Shown here one piece after another: positions 13,001-25,000 of a stretch of DNA of 64,000 bases. Below the pieces are notes generated by a model. The model searched no databases, was not told the origin of the DNA, and worked only from the letters and a program-made list of their open reading frames with translations. This stretch comes from Macrostomum lignano (lineage: Eukaryota). The translations under genes and the position numbers were made by a program. Location of the stretch: positions 1 through 64,000 of the forward strand of contig NIVC01001029.1 in NCBI GenBank assembly GCA_002269645.1, written 5' to 3'. Within the stretch, counting starts at the first letter, position 1. Each line of letters starts with the position of its first letter.

Positions 13001-16000
13001 TCTCAGCCAATTGATAATGTGTCTCTGCCAATTGATAATGTGTCTCTGCCAATTGATAATGTGTCTCAGCCAATTGATAATGTGTCTCAGCCAATTGATA
13101 ATGTGTCTCTGCCAATTGATAATGTGTCTCAGCCAATTGATAATGTGTCTCAGCCAATTGATAATGTGTCTCAGCCAATTGATAATGTGTCTCAGCCAAT
13201 TGATAATGTGTCTCAGCCAATTGATAATGTGTCTCAGCCAATTGATAATGCGTCTCAGCCAATTGATAATGTGTCTCTGCCAATTGATAATGTGTCTCAG
13301 CCAATTGATAATGTGTCTCTGCCAATTGATAATGTGTCTCAACCAATTGATAATGCGTCTCAGCCAATTGATAATGTGTCTCAGCCAATTGATAATGTGT
13401 CTCAGCCAATTGATAATGTGTCTCTGCCAATTGATAATGTGTCTCAGCCAATTGATAATGTGTCTCAGCCAATTGATAATGTGTCTCTGCCAATTGATAA
13501 TGTGTCTCTGCCAATTGATAATGTGTCTCTGCCAATTGATAATGTGTCTCTGCCAATTGATAATGTGTCTCTGCCAATTGATAATGTGTCTCTGCCAATT
13601 GATAATGTGTCTCTGCCAATTGATAATGTGTCTCAGCCAATTGATAATGTGTCTCTGCCAATTGATAATGTGTCTCTGCCAATTGATAATGTGTCTCAGC
13701 CAATTGATAATGTGTCTCAGCCAATTGATAATGTGTCTCAGCCAATTGATAATGTGTCTCAGCCAATTGATAATGTGTCTCTGCCAGTTGATAATGTGTC
13801 TCTGCCAATTGATAATGTGTCTCAGCCAATTGATAATGTGTCTCAGCCAATTGATAATGTGTCTCAGCCAATTGATAATGTGTCTCAGCCAATTGATAAT
13901 GTGTCTCTGCCAATTGATAATGTGTCTCTGCCAATTGATAATGTGTCTCAGCCAATTGATAATGTGTCTCAGCCAATTGATAATGTGTCTCTGCCAATTG
14001 ATAATGTGTCTCAGCCAATTGATAATGTGTCTCAGCCAATTGATAATGTGTCTCAGCCAATTGATAATGTGTCTCAGCCAATTGATAATGTGTCTCAGCC
14101 AATTGATAATGTGTCTCAGCCAATTGATAATGCGTCTCAGCCAATTGATAATGTGTCTCTGCCAATTGATAATGTGTCTCAGCCAATTGATAATGTGTCT
14201 CTGCCAATTGATAATGTGTCTCAACCAATTGATAATGCGTCTCAGCCAATTGATAATGTGTCTCAGCCAATTGATAATGTGTCTCAGCCAATTGATAATG
14301 TGTCTCTGCCAATTGATAATGTGTCTCAGCCAATTGATAATGTGTCTCAGCCAATTGATAATGTGTCTCTGCCAATTGATAATGTGTCTCTGCCAATTGA
14401 TAATGTGTCTCTGCCAATTGATAATGTGTCTCTGCCAATTGATAATGTGTCTCTGCCAATTGATAATGTGTCTCTGCCAATTGATAATGTGTCTCTGCCA
14501 ATTGATAATGTGTCTCAGCCAATTGATAATGTGTCTCAGCCAATTGATAATGTGTCTCTGCCAATTGATAATGTGTCTCTGCCAATTGATAATGTGTCTC
14601 TGCCAATTGATAATGTGTCTCTGCCAATTGATAATGTGTCTCTGCCAATTGATAATGTGTCTCTGCCAATTGATAATGTGTCTCAGCCAATTGATAATGT
14701 GTCTCAGCCAATTTATAATGTGTCTCTGCCAATTGATAATGTGTCTCAGCCAATTGATAATGTGTCTCAGCCAATTGATAATGCGTCTCAGCCAATTGAT
14801 AATGTGTCTCAGCCAATTGATAATGTGTCTCAGCCAATTGATAATGTGTCTCTGCCAATTGATAATGTGTCTCAACCAATTGATAATGCGTCTCAGCCAA
14901 TTGATAATGTGTCTCAGCCAATTGATAATGTGTCTCAGCCAATTGATAATGTGTCTCTGCCAATTGATAATGTGTCTCAGCCAATTGATAATGTGTCTCT
15001 GCCAATTGATAATGTGTCTCTGCCAATTGATAATGTGTCTCTGCCAATTGATAATGTGTCTCTGCCAATTGATAATGTGTCTCTGCCAATTGATAATGTG
15101 TCTCTGCCAATTGATAATGTGTCTCTGCCAATTGATAATGTGTCTCTGCCAATTGATAATGTGTCTCTGCCAATTGATAATGTGTCTCAGCCAATTTATA
15201 ATGTGTCTCTGCCAATTGATAATGTGTCTCAGCCAATTGATAATGTGTTTCTGCCAATTGAAAATGATAGTGTCTCTACCAATTTATAATGTGTCTCAGC
15301 CAATTGATAATGTGTCTCAGCCAATTGATAATGTGTCTCAGCCAATTGATAATGTGTCTCAGCCAATTGATAATGTGTCTCTGCCAATTGATAATGTGTC
15401 TCAGCCAATTGATAATGTGTCTCAGCCAATTGATAATGTGTCTCAGCCAATTGATAATGTGTCTCAGCCAATTGATAATGTGTCTCAGCCAATTGATAAT
15501 GTGTCTCAGCCAATTGATAATGTGTCTCAGCCAATTGATAATGTGTCTCAGCCAATTGATAATGTGTCTCAGCCAATTGATAATGTGTCTCAGCCAATTG
15601 ATAATGTGTCTCAGCCAATTGATAATGTGTCTCAGCCAATTGATAATGTACGCAGTCATGCGTACAGGCACACACTCACACAGGAGTGTACAGCGGCACT
15701 AAATTAATTTATCGTTAGGCATGTACACTTCACTGCGCCTTGGGGGTTGGCCCTCAATGGCGTTAATTGCACAAGCAGAGCCAAGCCACGATTTCAATTT
15801 AGCCCCAAATTAATGTGACTGCACTTGGAATCGAGCCTGGGCCGCTGGGACATCAGAGCGCCGGGCTAAACTACTGATTGTTCACTGATTGTTCACAGCT
15901 AATCGGTCACTGATTGTTCACAGCTAATCGGTCACTGATTGTTCACAGCTAATCGGTCACTGATTGTTCACAGCTAATCGGTCACTGATTGTTCACAGCT

Positions 16001-19000
16001 AATCGGTCACTGATTGTTCACAGCTAATCGGTCACTGATTGTTCACAGCTAATCGGTCACTGATTGTTCACAGCTAATCGGTCACTGATTGTTCACAGCT
16101 AATCGGTCACTGATTGTTCACAGCTAATCGGTCACTGATTGTTCACAGCTAATCGGTCACTGATTGTTCACAGCTAATCGGTCACTGATTGTTCACAGCT
16201 AATCGGTCACTGATTGGTCACAGCTAATCGGTCACTGATTGGTCACAGCTAATCGATCACTGATTGTTCACAGCTAATCGGTCACTGATTGTTCACAGCT
16301 AATCGATCACTGATTGGGTCACAGCTAATCGATCACTGATTGTTCACAGCTAATCGGTCACTGATTGGTCACAGCTAATCGGTCACTGATTGGTCACAGC
16401 TAATTGTTCGCAATGTGTCGAAAATGAATAATCGCTCACAGCTCGGGTCCGAGTCCTCGGCCGACGCGTCCACGCTGTTGTCCGAATTGATGCGGACCGG
16501 CCGGCCAGTCACCCGGCTGTACAGCTGGATGACGGTGTCCGGTTGGAACAGCCAGGCCAGGGACTGCCAGGCCAGCTTCTCCAGTGGATCCAGCGGAAGT
16601 TCCGGTTGCTGTTTTTGCTGCTGTTGCTGCTGCTCCTGCGGCCGCAGCTCCCGGGTGGTCTTGCCGTCCTCTTCGGCCTCGTCCAGCCACCTTTGTAGGT
16701 GACATTGGGAAAAGGGGTTGCCCGAATGTGCGCACTGAGTGTGCATTCTACGAGTAAATGTACACCGAAATGTACATTATAGAAGTAAATGTACATTCTA
16801 AGTGTAAATGTACATTCTAAGCGCAAATGTACATTCTAAAAGTAAATTTATATTCTAAGAGCAGATGTACATTCATAAGAGCAAATGTACATTCTAAGAG
16901 CAAATGTACATTCTAAGAGCAAATGTACATTCTAAGAGCAAATGTACATTCTAAGAGCAAATGTACATTCTAAGAGCAGATTTGCATTATACTCATAAGA
17001 GCAAATGTACATTCTAAGAGCAGATGTACATTCTAAGAGTAAACGTGCATTTCATAATGAGTACAATGGTAGCAAAGTGCAGAGCATAGAAGTTATCATA
17101 GCCCTCACCTGTGACACAAGAAAGTCACTGGCGCGTCCGGCTTCGATGCCGCAGTCACCTGCACGCTGTCCAGGAACCAGCCGTAGCCGGCGCCTTTGCC
17201 GTCGTGCCCGATGACCAGCTTCTTGATGCGGCCGAGGTACACGGCCTCCAGCTCAAACACGTCAGTCTGGGGAGTACCGGGAGTGTGAGTGGATTTTCAA
17301 ATGCGCCACTCTACGGGCAGCATCTTGAAAAAGAAAGTTTCAAAAGAAAACAACTTGAAGAATGCTGCTCGCGAAATATTCCTGTTGCTGACGGCAGCGT
17401 GAAAATTCAATCCGGTTTTAGCGGCCTAATCCCTATTAGCGCGGATTAGCAGGGAATTAGGGTCAGCCGCTGCGACAGCTGTGAAAAATTCGCGATATTT
17501 ATCCTTAAAGCTGGCGCATTTGTGTCAGGAGTGAGAAAAAATATATTTTATAAATTTTATTCCTCCTGTTTTTGCTTGCTCAGCTCAAAAAATTTTCTGA
17601 GTAAAACAACGCCAGAAAAATCTCTTGATGTTTCGCCGTCGGCTGTCACTTCTGCTGCAGCCGATGCTGCCGCTCTTGCTGCAGCTGCTACTGCCTGACA
17701 TTCAGCCCGCGACCGCCTGCTCCGCGACCTCAGTTCGCGAAATTCAAAGCAAAATTGTGAACGGCAAGCTGGCTGCAATCCGCTGCTCCGACATCAAGGG
17801 AATTCTGCGCGGCGGCTCGCTGATGGACCCGGCAACCTACATCGAGTGCCTGCCGAACAGCACGGAGCACGCCTGCACCGGCGGCGCCCGGTGTCTCGGC
17901 TACCGCTGCGGCTGCCCGGACGGCCTGGTGTACATCGGTGCCCTCGGCTGCACTGACGTGGACGAGTGCTCGCTGAAGCTGGGCGGCCCGGCCTGCACGG
18001 GACCGCAGGATCGGGTCAGCTGCGTGAACCTTCAGGGCGGATTCGCGTGCAACTGCACCCAGCCGGGCCAGCAGTACCACCCGGAGTGGGGCTGCACCGA
18101 CTCGCCCGAGTGCGTCTTCCCCTTCGTCTACAGGGGCAAGCGGTACACCCACTGCACCTCGGCTGACCGCGGCTACCTGTGGTGCGGCCTGAGCGATGAT
18201 GTGGACCGCGACAACCGGTGGGTGGCGTGCCCGCTGAGCTACGGCACCGCGCACTGCGTGTTTCCCACGCGCTACCAGGGCGAGCTTCGGTCCGGCTGCT
18301 TCGTTGACAAGCCGACCGGCAAGCGGCTATGCTCGCTGACCAGCAACTTTGATGCCGATCGGGAGGCTGAGCTATGCATGGAGGTTGCTTAGGCCTACCG
18401 GACGTGTCACCATCAGCAGCTGTCTGTCATCCTGCGTTTTTTTGGTTTCTGGGACAAATCTGTGACTTCTTAATTCCTTCATTTTCAGCGCAGTGTTTTC
18501 GTCGAACGCAGAATTGATAGACTATATGTTTTCATAAATCATTCACTGAGATTTCCAAATTGGCAAGTTGGATTTTAAGTTATAAATGTTTCACAACAAA
18601 GCACCATGATACTCAAGCGCCAACTAAACTCTTTCGTTGTACTGAACTGATCACGCATGAATATAATTAGTGCAACTCAGCTCAGCATTCATCAAAGTAC
18701 GCACTGAATGTTTTTCTGCCATTTACGAGCGTATTTCAAGCTCATGTCCTCACCTGGCCCATTTGAAATGGTTGCTGAGCTCCCGACACCGGCCTTGACA
18801 GCTTTCGCGGCCCGGTGTCTCCGTAGTCGCCGAACAGCACGACGCTGACTGCGGCTTTGGTGCTGGCGTTGAAGCAGCTACCGGTGCGAACCTCGACAGT
18901 GTACTTTTCCACTGCAAGGTTTGGGAGAGTTGGGTTCTTGTGGAACTGCATCTCTGTGGCTTGTACACTTGGTGTGGATTCTTGTGGAATTGCATCTCTG

Positions 19001-22000
19001 TGGCTTGTACAGTTGGTGTGGATTCTTGTGGAACTGCATCTCTGTGGCTTGTACAGTTGGTGTGGGTTCTTGTGGAACTGCATCTCTGTAGCTTGTACAG
19101 TTGGTGTGGGTTCTTGTGGAACTGCATCTCTGTAGCTTGTACAGTTGGTGTGGATTCTTGTGGAATTGCATCTCTGTAGCTTGTACAGTTGGTGTGGATT
19201 CTTGTGGAACTGCATCTCTGTAGCTTGTACAGTTGGTGTGGATTCTTGTGGAATTACATCTCTGTAGCTTGTACAGTTGGTGTGGATTCTTGTGGAACTG
19301 CATCTCTGCAGCTTGTACAGTTGGTGTGGATTCTTCTGGAACTGCATCTCTGTGGCTTGTACAGTTGGTGTGGATTCTTGTGGAACTGCATCTCTGTGGC
19401 TTGTACAGTTGGTGTGGGTTCTTGTGGAACTGCATCTCTGTAGCTTGTACAGTTGGTGTGGGTTCTTGTGGAACTGCATCTCTGTAGCTTGTACAGTTGG
19501 TGTGGATTCTTGTGGAACTGCATCTCTGTAGCTTGTAAAGTTGGTGTGGGTTCTTGTGGAACTGCATCTCTGTAGCTTGTACAGTTGGTGTGGGTTCTTG
19601 TGGAACTGCATCTCTGTAGCTTGTACAGTTGGTGTGGATTCTTGTGGAATTGCATCTCTGTAGCTTGTACAGTTGGTGTGGGTTCTTGTGGAACTGCATC
19701 TCTGTAGCTTGTACAGTTGGTGTGGATTCTTGTGGAATTGCATCTCTGTAGCTTGTACAGTTGGTGTGGATTCTTGTGGAACTGCATCTCTGTAGCTTGT
19801 AAAGTTGGTGTGGGTTCTTGTGGAACTGCATCTCTGTAGCTTGTACAGTTGGTGTGGGTTCTTGTGGAACTGCATCTCTGTAGCTTGTACAGTTGGTGTG
19901 GATTCTTGTGGAATTGCATCTCTGTAGCTTGTACAGTTGGTGTGGATTCTTGTGGAACTGCATCTCTGCAGCTTGTACAGTTGGTGTGGATTCTTCTGGA
20001 ACTGCATCTCTGTGGCTTGTACAGTTGGTGTGGATTCTTGTGGAACTGCATCTCTGTGGCTTGTACAGTTGGTGTGGGTTCTTGTGGAACTGCATCTCTG
20101 TAGCTTGTACAGTTGGTGTGGGTTCTTGTGGAACTGCATCTCTGTAGCTTGTACAGTTGGTGTGGATTCTTGTGGAACTGCATCTCTGTAGCTTGTAAAG
20201 TTGGTGTGGGTTCTTGTGGAACTGCATCTCTGTAGCTTGTACAGTTGGTGTGGGTTCTTGTGGAACTGCATCTCTGTAGCTTGTACAGTTGGTGTGGATT
20301 CTTGTGGAATTGCATCTCTGTAGCTTGTACAGTTGGTGTGGGTTCTTGTGGAACTGCATCTCTGTAGCTTGTACAGTTGGTGTGGGTTCTTGTGGAACTG
20401 CATCTCTGTAGCTTGTACAGTTGGTGTGGATTCTTGTGGAACTGCATCTCTGTAGCTTGTAAAGTTGGTGTGGGTTCTTGTGGAACTGCATCTCTGTAGC
20501 TTGTACAGTTGGTGTGGGTTCTTGTGGAACTGCATCTCTGTAGCTTGTACAGTTGGTGTGGATTCTTGTGGAATTGCATCTCTGTAGCTTGTACAGTTGG
20601 TGTGGGTTCTTGTGGAACTGCATCTCTGTAGCTTGTACAGTTGGTGTGGATTCTTGTGGAATTGCATCTCTGTAGCTTGTACAGTTGGTGTGGATTCTTG
20701 TGGAACTGCATCTCTGTAGCTTGTACAGTTGGTGTGGATTCTTGTGGAATTACATCTCTGTAGCTTGTACAGTTGGTGTGGATTCTTGTGGAACTGCATC
20801 TCTGCAGCTTGTACAGTTGGTGTGGATTCTTCTGGAACTGCATCTCTGTAGCTTGTACAGTTGGTGTGGATTCTTGTGGAATTGCATCTCTGTAGCTTGT
20901 ACAGTTGGTGTGGATTCTTGTGGAACTGCATCTCTGTAGCTTGTACAGTTGGTGTGGGTTCTTGTGGAACTGCATCTCTGTAGCTTGTACAGTTGGTGTG
21001 GATTCTTGTGGAACTGCATCTCTGTAGCTTGTACAGTTGGTGTGGATTCTTGTGGAACTGCATCTCTGTAGCTTGTAAAGTTGGTGTGGGTTCTTGTGGA
21101 ACTGCATCTCTGTAGCTTGTACAGTTGGTGTGGGTTCTTGTGGAACTGCATCTCTGTAGCTTGTACAGTTGGTGTGGATTCTTGTGGAACTGCATCTCTG
21201 TAGCTTGTACAGTTGGTGTGGATTCTTGTGGAACTGCATCTCTGTAGCTTGTACAGTTGGTGTGGATTCTTGTGGAATTACATCTCTGTAGCTTGTACAG
21301 TTGGTGTGGATTCTTGTGGAACTGCATCTCTGTGGCTTGTACAGTTGGTGTGGATTCTTGTGGAACTGCATCTCTGTAGCTTGTACAGTTGGTGTGGGTT
21401 CTTGTGGAACTGCATCTCTGTAGCTTGTACAGTTGGTGTGGGTTCTTGTGGAACTGCATCTCTGTAGCTTGTACAGTTGGTGTGGATTCTTCTGGAACTG
21501 CATCTCTGTGGCTTGTACAGTTGGTGTGGATTCTTGTGGAATTGCACCTCTGTAGTTTGTACAGTTGGTGTGGATTCTTGTGGAATTGCACCTCTGTAGT
21601 TTGTACAGTTGGTGTGGGTTCTTGTGGAATTGCACCTCTGTAGCTTGTACAGTTGGTGTGGGTTCTTGTGGAACTGCATCTCTGTAGCTTGTACAGTTGG
21701 TGTGGATTCTTGTGGAACTGCATCTCTGTAGCTTGTACAGTTGGTGTGGGTTCTTGTGAAACTGCATCTCTGTAGCTTGTACAGTTGGTGTGGATTCTTG
21801 TGGAACTGCATCTCTGTAGCTTGTACAGTTGGTGTGGATTCTTGTGGAACTGCATCTCTGTGGCTTGTACAGTTAGTGTGGGTTCTTGTGGAACTGCATC
21901 TCTGTACAAACTTGAATAGTTATGGATTATTAAGGAACCGGATGCATAAATGTAGAGTTTACAATGGACTTTGAGTTATTTTCATCGATTTTTGCACAGA

Positions 22001-25000
22001 ACCAGAGCTGCATAACGCACTCTCATTGCTCAGCTGTCGCCAGCAAGCCATTTTTCCATCTCAAACAAAGCCGAGGCAAAGTCTCCGAGCTCAAAGCAGT
22101 CAAAAGAGGGCAGCAAAAAAGAAAGCAAAACGGATGAATTAAAAAGCGGCTCTCCAGGACGTGCCCGCCCAGCCCGTCATTCTAAAAGCCCCGGCAACCT
22201 GTGGGTCGCTACATTTTCTCCCTAATTACCCCGCTGCTTAGCCTCTCATTTGCCTGTGTTCTCAATCTTCAGGCGGGGCAGCAGATTGCGGCGGAGGCAG
22301 AGCTTTGCCGGAGGAGGAGGAGGATCGCTCTTTGTCCAAAAATGGCGCAGGGAGGCTGGGGTGATGCGGCATCGCGGAAGAAATCTAATATCCCATAGAA
22401 AGACGCTAGTTGCTGGGGGACGGAGTAGCCGTTCACGAGATAAGCATTGATGTCGGATTCGATTTCATTAATTCCCCCCCAGCCTCCATCGGATTCTCCA
22501 CGGACCTGTCGCCCGAACCGATGGGGGGGTTTCATTTTCCCTATTCGGACAGATTTTCACCTCTGTTGGGTTAATGAGGGCGGGTCAGAGGGGCATGGAT
22601 GGGGAGTTGAGGAAGCAAATTCTGTCGAACGGGGGAGGCAGTGCATTCTAATTAAACATACTGAACTGGCTCGAAGCTATGTAAGAAAATAAAATTGAGC
22701 ATGAGACCCGTGGCGCCCATACAGATACCTATAGATATGCATAATGGTAAAGCAAAGTCCGGGGCAGCGCTAAAGCACACTATGCCCGAAGCCAATCAGT
22801 GCGGCATCCCGGCAGCTGAAGACTTTTCCAACAGTTCTATAATGCCGAGTCCCCGATCCGGCTAGCAGATTAGGGAGTTAATTAAATGCCTGGACTGAGC
22901 CGCGCCAGTTGCCAGGGGGGGATTGACGCATTCGGGGCCTATTAATTACCGCCTCGCGTGCCCCGTGCAGGTTGGAGCGGACCCCTGCCGCACATGACAG
23001 GCTGCCTGTCACTTGAAGGGGAGGCAGGAGAGGCGGCGAGCGAGAGGGTGAGAGCAAACAATACAAATCACCGAGCGAGCTGCAGTCCTGACCTCAGCTC
23101 GGCAACCTCACTCTCGGGATTCACTGAAGCCCTCTCGTCTCAACTCCCACACGGCCGTATCCAAGTGGTTGCCCAGGCAACCTCCGCCGACCAATTTCGG
23201 GATTCAGGAGACGGATAGCTAGTGTTTTCCCCAGCCAGGAAATGAAGAGCTCTCGATGTCAGTAAAAAACAGGATTTGCAAGTGGACTGGCTGTAACTAT
23301 ATATAGTCAGATGGCTGGCTGGGCTATTTACAAATGTCTGATATAGCTCGTATTGTGAGCAAAGAGCGGCTCATTGTGGATATTCATCCTGCAAAAAACT
23401 TGTGATAAAACATACCCCAGATTTATATACTATTTATAGTCACTCTCCACTGCAGCAGTGGTCAGCAGTCCCAGTCACTCATCTCTGCACTCTTCACTGC
23501 AGCAGTGGTCAGCAGTCCCAGTCACTCATCTCTGCACTCTTCACTGCAGGTCAGCAGTCCCAGTCACTCATCTCTGCACTCCGCACTGCAGCAGTGGTCA
23601 GCAGTCCCAGTCACTCATCTCTGCACTCTGCACTGCAGCAGTGGTCAGCAGTCCCAGTCACTCATCTCTGCACTCTTCACTGCAGGTCAGCAGTCCCAGT
23701 CACTCATCTCTGCACTCTTCACTGCAGCAGTGGTCAGCAGTCCCAGTCACTCATCTCTGCACTCTTCACTGCAGGTCAGCAGTCCCAGTCACTCATCTCT
23801 GCACTCCGCACTGCAGCAGTGGTCAGCAGTCCCAGTCACTCATCTCTGCACTCTGCACTGCAGCAGTGGTCAGCAGTCCCAGTCACTCATCTCTGCACTC
23901 TTCACTGCAGGTCAGCAGTCCCAGTCACTCATCTCTGCACTCTTCACTGCAGCAGTGGTCAGCAGTCCCAGTCACTCATCTCTGCACTCTTCACTGCAGG
24001 TCAGCAGTCCCAGTCACTCATCTCTGCACTCCGCACTGCAGCAGTGGTCAGCAGTCCCAGTCACTCATCTCTGCACTCTGCACTGCAGCAGTGGTCAGCA
24101 GTCCCAGTCACTCATCTCTGCACTCCGCACTGCAGCAGTGGTCAGCAGTCCCAGTCACTCATCTCTGCACTCTGCACTGCAGCAGTGGTCAGCAGTCCCA
24201 GTCACTCATCTCTGCACTCTGCACTGCAGCAGTGGTCAGCAGTCCCAGTCACTCATCTCTGCACTCTTCACTGCAGCAGTGGTCAGCAGTCCTAGTCACT
24301 CATCTCTGCACTCTTCACTGCAGCAGTGGTCAGCAGTCCCAGTCACTCATCTCTGCACTCTTCACTGCAGCAGTGGTCAGCAGTCCTAGTCACTCATCTC
24401 TGCACTCTGCACTGCAGGTCAGCAGTCCCAGTCACTCATCTCTGCACTCTGCACTGCAGCAGTGGTCAGCAGTCCCAGTCACTCACTGGGCAGAGGCCTG
24501 GCGCCCTCCCGCACTGCTGGCAGCTCCTTGCTGGGCTCGCAGTCGGGCCGACTGTCCGACAGCCAGCAGTTGAAGTCGAAAGTGAGCTGCTCGGCCGTGT
24601 GCGCGTCCGTCATGACCAGCTGACCGACGCACCAGTCCGGAGCGGGGCCTGAGCAGTCGTGGCTCAGTCGGACTTTCATCACCTCACCGATTGGGCCCGT
24701 GTTAATCTGACAATGTAAAATTTGTTCCTATGTGAACTCAAAATCACGACTGAATAACATTTTTCTGAACATTCTGCGAGGAAAATAATAATTGATTACA
24801 CCTGCCCTAATGACCAGATGTGCAACCGACAGCTCAGCCGCAGCTATTGCGCGGCGCATCTGAAGGCTGCGTACGGCTGTTCAGTCCAAGGACTGGGGGG
24901 GTCGCCACACGCACCCTCAATTACCCCAGCTAATGCTGGCACCCATTTTACAGCTGGGTGAACTGAAGCAATGCAGAGATAAGTGTCTTGCTCAATGACA

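Noticed and set aside
10973-15707. 1300-1500-aa ORFs (PIDNVSQ, QLIMCLS, RHIINWL, AETHYQL repeats)
   Set aside because: Translations of a 21-bp intronic minisatellite that is open in several frames on both strands; no coding signature.
11200-21906. CRISPR-like appearance of the regular arrays
   Set aside because: Head-to-tail repeats with no unique spacers, no cas genes, eukaryotic context.
18742-21974. 1055-, 837- and 581-aa ORFs
   Set aside because: 44-bp repeat translations; only 18754-18911 is a real exon.
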